The notes under the pieces: generated by a model
Databases searched by the model: none
What the model was told of the DNA's origin: nothing
What the model saw: only the letters and a program-made list of their open reading frames with translations
Translations under genes and position numbers: made by a program
Shown: in pieces, positions 28,765 through 37,907 of the stretch
Layout of the letters: every line of letters starts with the position of its first letter
How positions within the stretch are numbered: the stretch's first letter is position 1
Source of the DNA: Sulfurovaceae bacterium
GTDB taxonomy: Bacteria; Campylobacterota; Campylobacteria; Campylobacterales; Sulfurovaceae
Direction of reading: 5' to 3'
DNA: 64,000 bases
Assembly: GCA_016744315.1 (NCBI GenBank)
Contig: JADGER010000001.1
Coordinates: 353-64,352, forward strand

Positions 28765-30969
28765 TTATTTTGTATACATTTCAAGATCTTTACTCATATC
28801 TTCAAACTCTTTATCTACTTTAGTATTATTAGTCTCTTCTTCTACTTTTTTCTCTGGCGTATTCGCCTGCATTACACCACTAAGTACCCCTAACACTGCA
28901 CCTAAGTTTTTGATCTGTTCAGCATCTTTTTTACTAATACCTGTAATTTCTATCTCTTTAGTACCTAGAGTGATTTTTTCACTCTCTTGACTGTCTGCTT
29001 TAATCTCTTCTTCATGGTTGAGATTTGTTAAATCAAGAATAAGTCTATTTGGATGCTCAGAACCTACAGAAAACTTCATCTCTTTACTACCAGTACTAAT
29101 TTTTGCTTCTACACTATAGTTACCCTTATCAAGTGGAACTTTTAGTATATTAGCACACTTACTTTTTTTCTCATACATAAGCTGTCCACTACTCGCATAC
29201 ACTTCATAACTTACTTGCTCCTCCATATTAGAACACTTAGCACCCATCAAAAATTGACTAAAAATAACATGTATTTTACTAGTTTTCCCTGCTTTAACTT
29301 CAAATGGAGTGAGTTGCTCAGAGTTATTATATTCTGACTTGATAATATATTTACCAATAGCAATTTTAGCATTTCCTACTTTCTTTTTATATGAAGTAAA
29401 GCTTGCTGTTTGGCTATCATCTTTGACCCCATCTATAACTTTATAAATTCTATGATAGGCTCTTACCCACTTACCTCCCTCTGATTCAGATGCTGAAATC
29501 TCTATAATTCCTGTCTGTCCCATGCTCACATGGATTTTGGTCACCTCTCCAGCTTTTACTTCAAATGCTCTCTCTTGTCTAAACTCATTATATTCAGATT
29601 TTACAATATATTTCCCAATAGCAATTTGAGCATTTCCTACTTTCTTTTTATATGAAGTAAAGCCCTCTGTTTGCCTATCATCTTTGACCCCATCTATAAC
29701 TTTATAGATTCTATGATAGGCTCTTACCCATTTACCACCTTCTGATTCAGATGCTGAAATCTCTACAATTCCTGTCTGACCCATACTCATATGGATTTTG
29801 GTCACCTCTCCAGCTTTTACTTCAAATTCTCTCTCTTGTCTAAACTCATTATATTCAGATTTAACAATATATTTCCCAATAGCAATTTGAGCATTTCCTA
29901 CTTTCTTTTTATATGAAGTAAAGCCCTCTGTTTGGCTATCATCTTTGACCCCATCTATAACTTTATAAATTCTATGATAGGCTCTTACCCATTTACCACC
30001 TTCTGATTCAGATGCTGAAATCTCTACAATTCCTGTCTGTCCCATGCTCACATGGACTTTGGTCACTTCTCCAACTTTTATTTCAAATGGTGTTTGTATT
30101 TTGAATTTATTATACTCTGACTGCAAAATATATGAACCATCTTCTAAAAAGGTTTTTCCTACATATTTTTGTGTAGAGTTGACACTTGTGAGTTGACCAT
30201 CTACCTTTTGTCCATTTTCAGCTTTATAAATACGATGATACGCTTTGATCCATTTACCACCCTCTGATTCAGATGCGGAAACCTCTATATTATTTTTCAA
30301 TTTTTTAACTACTGGCTTAGGGCTTACTTTAGATTCTAGCTTTTCAACTTTTTTGGCTATCACTTTCATAGCATCATTAAGTGCTATTGCATTTTTGGCA
30401 GGGAAATATTCACCACCTGTAGCACTTGCAATACATCTTAATTCTTGAGCAGTTTGATTATCTACATCAAACCCAATCACATGTACAACAAAGTCTATAC
30501 CTTTCTTCTCTAACTCTTTTGCCACCATACAAGGATTTGGGTCACAAGTCTCTTTACCATCAGAAATAAGTATAATAGTAGCCTTTTCCTCGGTATATTT
30601 AATCTCGTTCGCTACCTTTTTGAGAGAACGACTAATAGGTGTTTTTCCTTTTGGCTGAATATTCATAACTGTAGAAATAACTCTATTTTTATCTATCTTC
30701 CCCACAGGAATTAGTGTCTCAATATCATTACAATCACCTTTGGAACGATGCCCATACACAGTGAGTCCCAACTCCACATTTGGATTCCACTCTTTAATAA
30801 CATTTTTCAAGGCATCTCTAGCAATCTCAATCTTGGTCACACCATTAATCTGCCCCCACATACTCCCTGACGCATCAAAAATAATAACTGCTCTAGGATT
30901 ATCACTTGCGATAACTATAGAAAGTGTTATCATCCATACTACCATTACTCTAAACCATAAACTTTTCAT
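28765..30969 (-). CDS. Secreted von Willebrand factor A (vWA) domain protein with four tandem beta-sandwich-like repeats
   Basis: Signal peptide, a MIDAS motif DASGSM..SDGKET within about 200 aa of vWA fold, then four 87-aa repeats and a related C-terminal module. Confidence 0.85.
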   Translation of the reverse strand: MKSLWFRVMVVWMITLSIVIASDNPRAVIIFDASGSMWGQINGVTKIEIARDALKNVIKEWNPNVELGLTVYGHRSKGDCNDIETLIPVGKIDKNRVISTVMNIQPKGKTPISRSLKKVANEIKYTEEKATIILISDGKETCDPNPCMVAKELEKKGIDFVVHVIGFDVDNQTAQELRCIASATGGEYFPAKNAIALNDAMKVIAKKVEKLESKVSPKPVVKKLKNNIEVSASESEGGKWIKAYHRIYKAENGQKVDGQLTSVNSTQKYVGKTFLEDGSYILQSEYNKFKIQTPFEIKVGEVTKVHVSMGQTGIVEISASESEGGKWVRAYHRIYKVIDGVKDDSQTEGFTSYKKKVGNAQIAIGKYIVKSEYNEFRQEREFEVKAGEVTKIHMSMGQTGIVEISASESEGGKWVRAYHRIYKVIDGVKDDRQTEGFTSYKKKVGNAQIAIGKYIVKSEYNEFRQERAFEVKAGEVTKIHVSMGQTGIIEISASESEGGKWVRAYHRIYKVIDGVKDDSQTASFTSYKKKVGNAKIAIGKYIIKSEYNNSEQLTPFEVKAGKTSKIHVIFSQFLMGAKCSNMEEQVSYEVYASSGQLMYEKKSKCANILKVPLDKGNYSVEAKISTGSKEMKFSVGSEHPNRLILDLTNLNHEEEIKADSQESEKITLGTKEIEITGISKKDAEQIKNLGAVLGVLSGVMQANTPEKKVEEETNNTKVDKEFEDMSKDLEMYTK
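29254..30288 (-). repeat. Four in-frame tandem repeats with a 261-bp period inside the vWA gene; the last three are near-identical
   Basis: The marker CTTTGACCCC recurs at 29421, 29682 and 29943, exactly 261 bp apart. The peptide units (V/I)EISASESEGGKWVRAYHRIYKVIDGVKDD... start at aa 315, 402 and 489, with a diverged first unit near aa 228. Confidence 0.9.
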
Positions 30970-31309
30970 TTGAATACTCCTTATTAAGTATTAGCTTCTA
31001 TTAAGCTTATCATAAAATTGACATATAAAAATAAAAAATATCTATTTTTCATTTTTATCGTAACCTTATTATACTCCCCTTTGAATTTACTCCCCATATA
31101 TATCGTTGAAAACCTAGTATAGCCTCTTTTTTAGCATTGTGGAGTATCGTAACATTAGAGCTAATAGAAGTTGTGTAAGAAACAAGAAAAAAAATCCTAT
31201 ACTATATCTCTTTTGTATCATAATAACTACTCCTACTATTTTAATTATATTCCAAGATAAAAATAAAAACAGGTATCATGAAATAACTTTTAGAGGCTCT
31301 TCTTACTTA

Positions 31310-32014
31310 TCATTTACCTCTTAAATCTACACACTTTTTACCCCTACAGCCTTCATATACAAGCTCTTTTGATAAGAGTTTATTTGCTCTGTTATCCATA
31401 ATTATATGATTTATACTATGAGCATACTCATAATCACCACCATCATAATCTTCATAAGTTGAAGACTCGTAACGAAGGATATAGATATTCTCAATTTGTT
31501 TGTATCGTATTGATCCATAACTTCCAAGTAGTGCTATATGAAGTTCTACAGGTGTATCTATCGTACCCAAAAATGCTAATAGCTCTTTGCGTGAAGAGAT
31601 AGTATATAAAATAGAATTCATATCTATATAGTGGAGATAATAACTATCTACTAAGGTAGAATCTTGTAAATATGTATAAGCGATAGCGTAATTTTTTTTT
31701 GTAATTTTTATGGAATTTAGTTTTTTCTGCTCTTTGCGTGAGAGTTTTTTGAAGGCTAGCATATCAAAAGACCAGCCTCCAGTATATTTTCCCCATGTAT
31801 CATATCCTCGAATATCAAAATACTTTACAGGCTTTGCTAGATTGAGGTTACTTAGCTTTGCTGTTGTTAGCGAAGGCAAAGACTTTCCTTCATGTGCCTT
31901 GAGTGGTTTGTAGCGTTTGAGTTCTTGTACTGAGAGAGTACTAAACTTGGCAAAAGTTACCTTTGTACTTGTACCTATTATAAGTAATACTAATAATATT
32001 CTAAATACCTTCAT
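31310..32014 (-). CDS. Secreted hypothetical protein, the distant member of the local LG(E/T)IDTPxE paralogue family
   Basis: Signal peptide MKVFRILLVLLIIGTSTKVTFA. The segment SRKELLAFLGTIDTPVELHIALL matches a motif in the two upstream genes. Confidence 0.6.
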   Translation of the reverse strand: MKVFRILLVLLIIGTSTKVTFAKFSTLSVQELKRYKPLKAHEGKSLPSLTTAKLSNLNLAKPVKYFDIRGYDTWGKYTGGWSFDMLAFKKLSRKEQKKLNSIKITKKNYAIAYTYLQDSTLVDSYYLHYIDMNSILYTISSRKELLAFLGTIDTPVELHIALLGSYGSIRYKQIENIYILRYESSTYEDYDGGDYEYAHSINHIIMDNRANKLLSKELVYEGCRGKKCVDLRGK

Positions 32015-32020
32015 CTTTTT

Positions 32021-32703
32021 CTAATCCATTGTCATACAGCCATTTTTGGATGGCTTTTTTTTGAGAAGTTGTTTATTGAAAATTTTGCCTTGCTTATTGA
32101 TAGATATTTTATAGGTAAAATTACCACAGTCTCCAAAATTATCTAGAAAGTTATCATATTGTGAGATGACTTCATAGCCTTGGGGTATTTTACGATATTT
32201 ATCTTTGTACCCCAGACTTCCTTTATCTGATATATTTCTGTGGGTATCGTTAAGCCACAAAGTGAGTTTAGCTTCGGCAGGGGTGGCAATCTCTCCTAGC
32301 ATTTCTAAAATATCTGTGACCATATTCATACGCCACATCTTGCCATCACTCTTTATCATAAAAGCATTTCCTATACTAGAAATACATCCACTCATCAAAC
32401 AAAACCCACTTTTTCTAATATCTGTTTATTCTGAGATATTGGGAGTAAGTTCTTTGAATTTTTTGATCTTTATGTTAAAGCTTTTCTCTGCATAGTGAGG
32501 TCTACTCTATACCCTCTTATGTTATATTTTTTATCTTCTATACCCCTACTATAAGTTCTAATTTCCAAATATTCTACACCCTCTTTAAGCGTATAATCAC
32601 TTGCAGAGTACTCTTTGAGTGATTTGAGCTTTTGCCATTTAGTATCTTTGGCTTGCAGTTGTATTAATAGTAATACTACGAATAGCATCGTAAATATTCT
32701 CAT
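32021..32703 (-). pseudogene. Decayed paralogue of the 391-aa gene upstream, split by a stop codon and a frameshift into 77-aa and 125-aa ORFs
   Basis: The 77-aa ORF (MRIFTMLFVVLLLIQLQAKDTKWQKLKSLKEYSASDYTLKEGVEYLEIR) parallels the N-terminus of the 391-aa protein. The 125-aa ORF parallels its middle. Similarity (TDIRKS.. versus SDIRKN..) continues upstream of the 125-aa ORF's ATG in that frame. Confidence 0.6.
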
Positions 32704-32712
32704 GATATTCTC

Positions 32713-33888
32713 CTATTTTGTTGCCATCATCCCACCCCATTCTAGGACATGAAAGCCTACTCTTTTGGGTGTAGTAATTTGTGGTGTCCTAAGACTGTAT
32801 CTCTCTTTTATCTGTTTAAAACTAAAAATAACTCGGATAAGTGTATCTGGTTTTGGATCTATAGAGAGTTTCATATTTTTGGCGAGAAACGAACGCTCGA
32901 ACAACTTAATTTCATAGAGTTTTTCTTTGTCAAATCTAGGTAGCCAGTATGCTTTGAACTGCTCTTTTTCTTTACTATTGAAGCCTAATCTTGGCAAAAT
33001 AATATCAAACCACTTATCTAGTACATCACCTTTTTTTATCCATCCATTATTGGGTAATTTCATTGTATTAAGAGTATTTTCATAGAAAAGATAATCATAT
33101 TGATTATTGATAGTGCCATTGGGTTCTACTATAACACTCCAGCCTTTTGCATACAAAGGTATTGAAGTAGTGATAGTACCGTTGATAGTCAAAGAGACAT
33201 TTATGCGTTGCTTCGTTTTTGGATAGAGGTATATCGCAGGTTTCTTCAGTAGAGGTAGCTCTCTCTTAATAGATTTTTTTGTATGTTTGAGTAGTTTTTT
33301 TTTGCTTAACTTACCTTGTTTACTTATAAAGACTTGGGAGACAAATCTCTCTTCTAAGTCATTATCACCTATACATTTAATAGTTTTTTTCTCTATTTTT
33401 ACGGCATAACCTTCAGAAGTTTTACGATACTTAAAGCCATCATATCCATAAAGCCACAGTACCAATTGCACTTCAGCGGGAGTATCTATTTCTCCCAAAA
33501 AGCTTATCACATCAACAATCTCATACATACGCATCATCTTTTTATCACGATTGAGTACCATTGCATTTGTTATAGTATTATGTAATTCATTTTTTCGTAT
33601 ATCGCTTAAGAGGGTCAAGTTTGGTTTGATTTTTCTAAAATGATTGAGTGTTCTTCTGCCTACAGAAGGGGATATAATTGATAGTACTATCCAAGGAGTC
33701 TGTTTGACTCTTTTGTTAGTGTTTTCTTCTACTATATATCGTCTAATTTCCAAACACGCTACATCATTTTTGAGCGTATATGCACTTGGAGGATATTCTT
33801 TGAGTGCTATGAGGTTTTGCCATTTGCTATCTTTGGCTTGAACTTCTATTAGTAGTAGTGTTAGTAGTATAAAAGTAAATATTTTCAC
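32713..33888 (-). CDS. Secreted two-domain hypothetical protein, the full-length member of the local paralogue family
   Basis: Signal peptide MKIFTFILLTLLLIEVQA, a middle motif ISFLGEIDTPAEVQLVLWL, and a C-terminal half starting KPAIYLYP that is absent from the shorter paralogues. Confidence 0.65.
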   Translation of the reverse strand: MKIFTFILLTLLLIEVQAKDSKWQNLIALKEYPPSAYTLKNDVACLEIRRYIVEENTNKRVKQTPWIVLSIISPSVGRRTLNHFRKIKPNLTLLSDIRKNELHNTITNAMVLNRDKKMMRMYEIVDVISFLGEIDTPAEVQLVLWLYGYDGFKYRKTSEGYAVKIEKKTIKCIGDNDLEERFVSQVFISKQGKLSKKKLLKHTKKSIKRELPLLKKPAIYLYPKTKQRINVSLTINGTITTSIPLYAKGWSVIVEPNGTINNQYDYLFYENTLNTMKLPNNGWIKKGDVLDKWFDIILPRLGFNSKEKEQFKAYWLPRFDKEKLYEIKLFERSFLAKNMKLSIDPKPDTLIRVIFSFKQIKERYSLRTPQITTPKRVGFHVLEWGGMMATK

Positions 33889-33954
33889 TTTATGCTCCTT
33901 GAAATTGCAGATAATAAGAGAAAAGTAAGAACACCTCTCTCTTAAATTTTTTCC

Positions 33955-34647
33955 TTATCTACAGGCATCTACGCGAACATCATTATTTGGATATAAATAG
34001 ACTTCTACTCTTCTATTAAGAGCCATATTTGTACTTGAACTATTTTCAACAAGTGGTTTACTATAAGAACATCCTGTCACATAACTATTGTTTTGAATAC
34101 CTGTACTATAGAGTCTATCAGCTACACTTTTTGCTCTTGCTTGTGAGAGGCTCATATTATGATTGTAGCCACCTCTTTTGTCTGTGTGTCCTGCTGTTTC
34201 AACTATAGTTTGTGAATATTGTTTGAGAATATTAGCTACTTTGCCTACCTTGTATGATGCACTAGAAGTAAGCCTAGCAGAATTAGTAGAAAACATCATA
34301 CTATCACGAAACATAATTTTGACATATTTACCATTATTAGAGACAATTAAATCTTGATTAGGATCGAGATATGCTAAAGGATCATTATTAACACCTGTTC
34401 CTAGAGATCTTGCTATATCATTTGCTTGTTGATCTAAGTTATATCCAATAGCACCACCAGCAACTGCACCTAATGCAGCTCCTAAAGCCATATCTCTACC
34501 AGATCCACCTAATACTCCACCAAGAAGAGCACCTGTAGCAGCACCAGCAGCTATACCCCCTTGGGTATTTGGTCCTACAGATGAACCTGAACATCCACCC
34601 AATACTAAAGCACTTATTCCTATTATAATTGGTTTACATATTTTCAT
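33955..34647 (-). CDS. OmpA-family lipoprotein with an N-terminal glycine-zipper segment
   Basis: Lipobox LVLGGC. Gly-zipper GGIAAGAATGALLGGVLGGSG..GAALGAVAGGAIG. OmpA C-terminal domain GHTDKRGGYNHNMSLSQARA..NRRVEVYL. Confidence 0.85.
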   Translation of the reverse strand: MKICKPIIIGISALVLGGCSGSSVGPNTQGGIAAGAATGALLGGVLGGSGRDMALGAALGAVAGGAIGYNLDQQANDIARSLGTGVNNDPLAYLDPNQDLIVSNNGKYVKIMFRDSMMFSTNSARLTSSASYKVGKVANILKQYSQTIVETAGHTDKRGGYNHNMSLSQARAKSVADRLYSTGIQNNSYVTGCSYSKPLVENSSSTNMALNRRVEVYLYPNNDVRVDACR

Positions 34648-34668
34648 TGTATTATTCCTTTTTTTACT

Positions 34669-36774
34669 TTATTTGTGGTCTAAAAATTTTTTAAGTATTG
34701 CTGATATATCTTTAACATGGACTGGTTTGGTGATACTATCATCCATTCCTGCTTCTATAGATTTAGTACGATGCTCTTCTGTAGAATCTCCACTTAGTCC
34801 AATAATAGGAGTATGAACATATCCTTTTTTTCTCTCAATTTCCAAAATTTCTAGGGTCGCTTCCATTCCTGTCATTACAGGCATATGCTCATCCATAAAA
34901 ATAATATTATATCCTCTACCCTGCTCTATAGCATTCGTATAAGATTCAACAGCAATTCTACCATTTTCTACACCTTCTATATCTACACCTATACGACCTA
35001 ATACAGCCTTCAAAAATTGTATATTAATACTATTATCATCCACTACCAAAGCTACTATTCTATGACCTGAAGAATCACTCATTTCTCTAAGTAAATCACG
35101 ACCAAACATTACATTATAAAGCTTATCAGGACCAAAAGCACAAGGAAGTTCATGTATTTCTCCATTGAGACCCTCCTTATAATTTTTGAAAATATCACTT
35201 TTCATAATTGTAACAATAATACCATGATCTAACATCTCTTGAATTGCTTCTTTATCTAAAGTATCTCGTCCACAAAATATATGTGTAGTATCTGTTTCTA
35301 CACTCTCCCAACCACTTAAAGATTCTATTTTGCTACTTGGTATTTTAAATGCATCAAAATATTGAAAAAGTATTTCTTCTGTAGTTTGGCAGGTCTCTTT
35401 GAATATGAGTTTAATCTCTATATTCTTATAAAGTGTCTCATCATACTTCATAGAATTATCTATAACCTTCCCATCAAGAGGCATAGAGAAATAAAACTTA
35501 CTTCCTTTACCTTCTTTACTCTCTACTTCTAATGTAGAACCATATAAGTTTGCTAACTTTTGGCTAATAGAGAGTCCTAATCCTGTACCTCCATACTCTC
35601 GAGAGGTAGAATTTTTTTCTTGTTTAAATGCTTCAAAAATTTCTTTTTGCTTCCCTTTGGCAATTCCTTTACCAGTGTCTACTACACTAAAAATTATTGC
35701 TTGTTTCTTCTTATTGTAGAGAACATTTAGGGAGATTTTTCCACCTTTTGGTGTAAATTTAACTGCATTCCCAATAAGGTTAGAGAGAATTTGTTTGACA
35801 CGATGAGGATCACTTTTGATTTTGATAGGCATATTAGGATCAATAAAAGTATGAAAGAAAAGATCACTCTTTTTCATACGACTCGAAAAAAGTGGTCCCA
35901 TACTTGTATATTCTTCGATAGGATTAAAAATCAAAGACTCTAACTCCATCATCCCTTGTTCTATTTTTGCAAAATCCAAAAGGTCATTAACTAAGGCTAC
36001 CATCATCGCACCACTTTTAAGAGCAGTATCCAAATAGAGTCGTTTATCTTCATTGGTTTCATCAATTTGTAAAAGTTCCAAAAAGCCCATAACTGCATTC
36101 ATAGGAGTTCTAACCTCATGGGCTACTTCTGCTAAAAATCGTGTACTAGAGACCATAGCATGTTCTGCTTGCTCTTTTTCTATGGTAAGTTGTTTGATAG
36201 TATCTTCTAGTTTTGAGTTAAAAACTTCTGGACTATGATTAAGATTATTACTATCTAAAGTTCCATTTTGAATCATTGTAAGAATAGGTGTAATATGCGT
36301 ATTAATCACACCTAGTTTTCCCAAATCACCTTTTGTGAATTGTTGAATGTCTTTGATATTATTGGATATTTGAAGTAAGGCAATAACTTCAGAATTTTTT
36401 GACAAGATAGGAGAAAAAATTATATCTTTTTGTTCTACATTTAAAGCATTATCTATACTGCTATCATACTCTCGTTCAGTAACTACATGTTTAAATAAAA
36501 TAGCTTTTTTACTTTGGTAGCATTTACTTATTAACCCTTTTTGGGTACTTATTTGTGTTTTTACAGACTTATTTACTGTTTGACTATAAAGATTATTAGT
36601 TTTTATATCTTGAAACCACACAATAGCCCATTCAGCGGAAAAAGCCTCTATACACATTTTTTCGATGCGTTGGACAATATAAATTATATCCTCTTCATCT
36701 TTTATATGATCAGCAGTATTTAATACTAATGATAAGAGTGCTTCACCCTTGATCTCTTTTTTAAAAGTTCTCAT
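34669..36774 (-). CDS. Soluble hybrid sensor histidine kinase: GAF-like N-terminus, HisKA, HATPase, a long insert, then a receiver
   Basis: No TM segment. H-box VAHEVRTPMNAV, N-box LIGNAVKFT, G-boxes DTGKGI and GTGLGLSISQ. A roughly 130-aa linker is followed by the receiver VVDDNSIN..IFMDEHMPVMTG..K. Confidence 0.88.
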   Translation of the reverse strand: MRTFKKEIKGEALLSLVLNTADHIKDEEDIIYIVQRIEKMCIEAFSAEWAIVWFQDIKTNNLYSQTVNKSVKTQISTQKGLISKCYQSKKAILFKHVVTEREYDSSIDNALNVEQKDIIFSPILSKNSEVIALLQISNNIKDIQQFTKGDLGKLGVINTHITPILTMIQNGTLDSNNLNHSPEVFNSKLEDTIKQLTIEKEQAEHAMVSSTRFLAEVAHEVRTPMNAVMGFLELLQIDETNEDKRLYLDTALKSGAMMVALVNDLLDFAKIEQGMMELESLIFNPIEEYTSMGPLFSSRMKKSDLFFHTFIDPNMPIKIKSDPHRVKQILSNLIGNAVKFTPKGGKISLNVLYNKKKQAIIFSVVDTGKGIAKGKQKEIFEAFKQEKNSTSREYGGTGLGLSISQKLANLYGSTLEVESKEGKGSKFYFSMPLDGKVIDNSMKYDETLYKNIEIKLIFKETCQTTEEILFQYFDAFKIPSSKIESLSGWESVETDTTHIFCGRDTLDKEAIQEMLDHGIIVTIMKSDIFKNYKEGLNGEIHELPCAFGPDKLYNVMFGRDLLREMSDSSGHRIVALVVDDNSINIQFLKAVLGRIGVDIEGVENGRIAVESYTNAIEQGRGYNIIFMDEHMPVMTGMEATLEILEIERKKGYVHTPIIGLSGDSTEEHRTKSIEAGMDDSITKPVHVKDISAILKKFLDHK

Positions 36775-36907
36775 AGTTTACGATGCCCTTGATACTATAT
36801 ATTTTTATCTGAAGTATTACTTATAGTAAAATAGATTAATTTTTCATTATAGCTTAGTGGAGATTATCCTATCATTAAAAGATAATAATAGTGAAGAAAG
36901 TACATTA

Positions 36908-36936
36908 AATAATCACCATAAATGATGGTGATTATT
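36908..36936 (-). terminator. Hairpin (12-bp stem, 5-nt loop) immediately after the first Roadblock-like gene
   Basis: AATAATCACCAT-aaatg-ATGGTGATTATT lies 4 nt downstream of the stop. The tail is only moderately U-rich. Confidence 0.45.
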
Positions 36937-36940
36937 TATA

Positions 36941-37309
36941 TTATGCTGTTAACTCAGTAACCGCTTTAGGAATTGCTTTTGCCATCTGCATACGAGTCAA
37001 TGCATGATTACCTTCGCCACCAAGAATAACAAACATATGAATATGTACCCGTTCATCTGCACCAGAACATTCCATAAGGATAATACCATCAGAGGTCATA
37101 AATTGCATATTTTTCATCATGCCAAGAGATAATTTAGAAACAGTTTTATGTCCTGTAACAAAAATATCATTAAAAACAGCAACAGCCATATTTAAATCAC
37201 CCTTTAAGTTTGAAGCATCCGAAATCAAAACTTCACCTGTTGAGTCCAAAATAGCTGCAGCTTTATAACCACCTATCTCTTTGACATCATCTAGTATTGT
37301 ATCTAACAT
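36941..37309 (-). CDS. Roadblock/LC7-like small protein, paralogue 1
   Basis: 122 aa. The predicted pattern is helix, two strands (AAAILDSTGEVLIS), a long helix, two strands (MQFMTSDGIILMEC..HIHMFVIL) and a helix, as in MglB/Roadblock folds. By eye it is about three-quarters identical to the next gene. Confidence 0.55.
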   Translation of the reverse strand: MLDTILDDVKEIGGYKAAAILDSTGEVLISDASNLKGDLNMAVAVFNDIFVTGHKTVSKLSLGMMKNMQFMTSDGIILMECSGADERVHIHMFVILGGEGNHALTRMQMAKAIPKAVTELTA

Positions 37310-37428
37310 ATATACTCCTTAAAATTTTTAGTCCAATATTTGATAGATTGTACAAAAAATAACCTTAAACAGTCTCTATCATTAAAGTATAAAAATAAGA
37401 GATATATGTTTTTACTCTATTTTGCTAC

Positions 37429-37797
37429 TTAGCCATGAAGTTCATCAACAGCTTTAACTATTATTTTTGTCATTTGCATTCTTGCTAAAGCATGATTTCC
37501 ATCTGCACCCAAGACAACAAATAAATGAAGGTGAATTCTATCATCTGAACCCGAACACTGCATTAATATTACACCATCAGAAGTCATAAACTGCATAGTT
37601 TTCATCATTCCTAATGAAAGTTTATTCACTGTTTTATGTCCTGTACTAAAAATGTCATTAAATACAGCAACTGCCATATCCAAATCACCTTTAAGGTTAG
37701 AAGCATCAGAAACTAATACCTCTCCTGTTGAATCTAATACTGCTGCTGCTTTATATCCGCTAATTGCTTTGAGATCATCTAATAAATTATCTAACAT
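37429..37797 (-). CDS. Roadblock/LC7-like small protein, paralogue 2
   Basis: 122 aa and collinear with paralogue 1 (MLDNLLDDLKAISGYKAAAVLDSTGEVLVSDASNLKGDL..). A 119-bp spacer separates the two genes. Confidence 0.55.
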   Translation of the reverse strand: MLDNLLDDLKAISGYKAAAVLDSTGEVLVSDASNLKGDLDMAVAVFNDIFSTGHKTVNKLSLGMMKTMQFMTSDGVILMQCSGSDDRIHLHLFVVLGADGNHALARMQMTKIIVKAVDELHG

Positions 37798-37907
37798 AAT
37801 TGTTCCTTTATTTACTAATACTAAAAGAGAAGTATTACTTTTACTTAGTTTATTTATAAATTATAGTAATAATTATCTTAAAAAGAAGTTATTTTTATCT
37901 CTTATTC

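Noticed and set aside
29254-30288. Considered whether the 261-bp periodic repeats could be a CRISPR-like or non-coding satellite array
   Set aside because: The period is a multiple of three and lies fully inside one long ORF. There is no spacer/repeat alternation. They are protein-domain repeats.
31139-31324. 61-aa plus-strand ORF in the 340-bp gap upstream of the vWA gene
   Set aside because: It has a GTG start without an RBS, a low-complexity product, and it overlaps the end of the next gene. The region is more likely promoter/5' UTR for the vWA operon. A minus-strand TATAAT sits at 31068-31073, but I cannot support a specific element.
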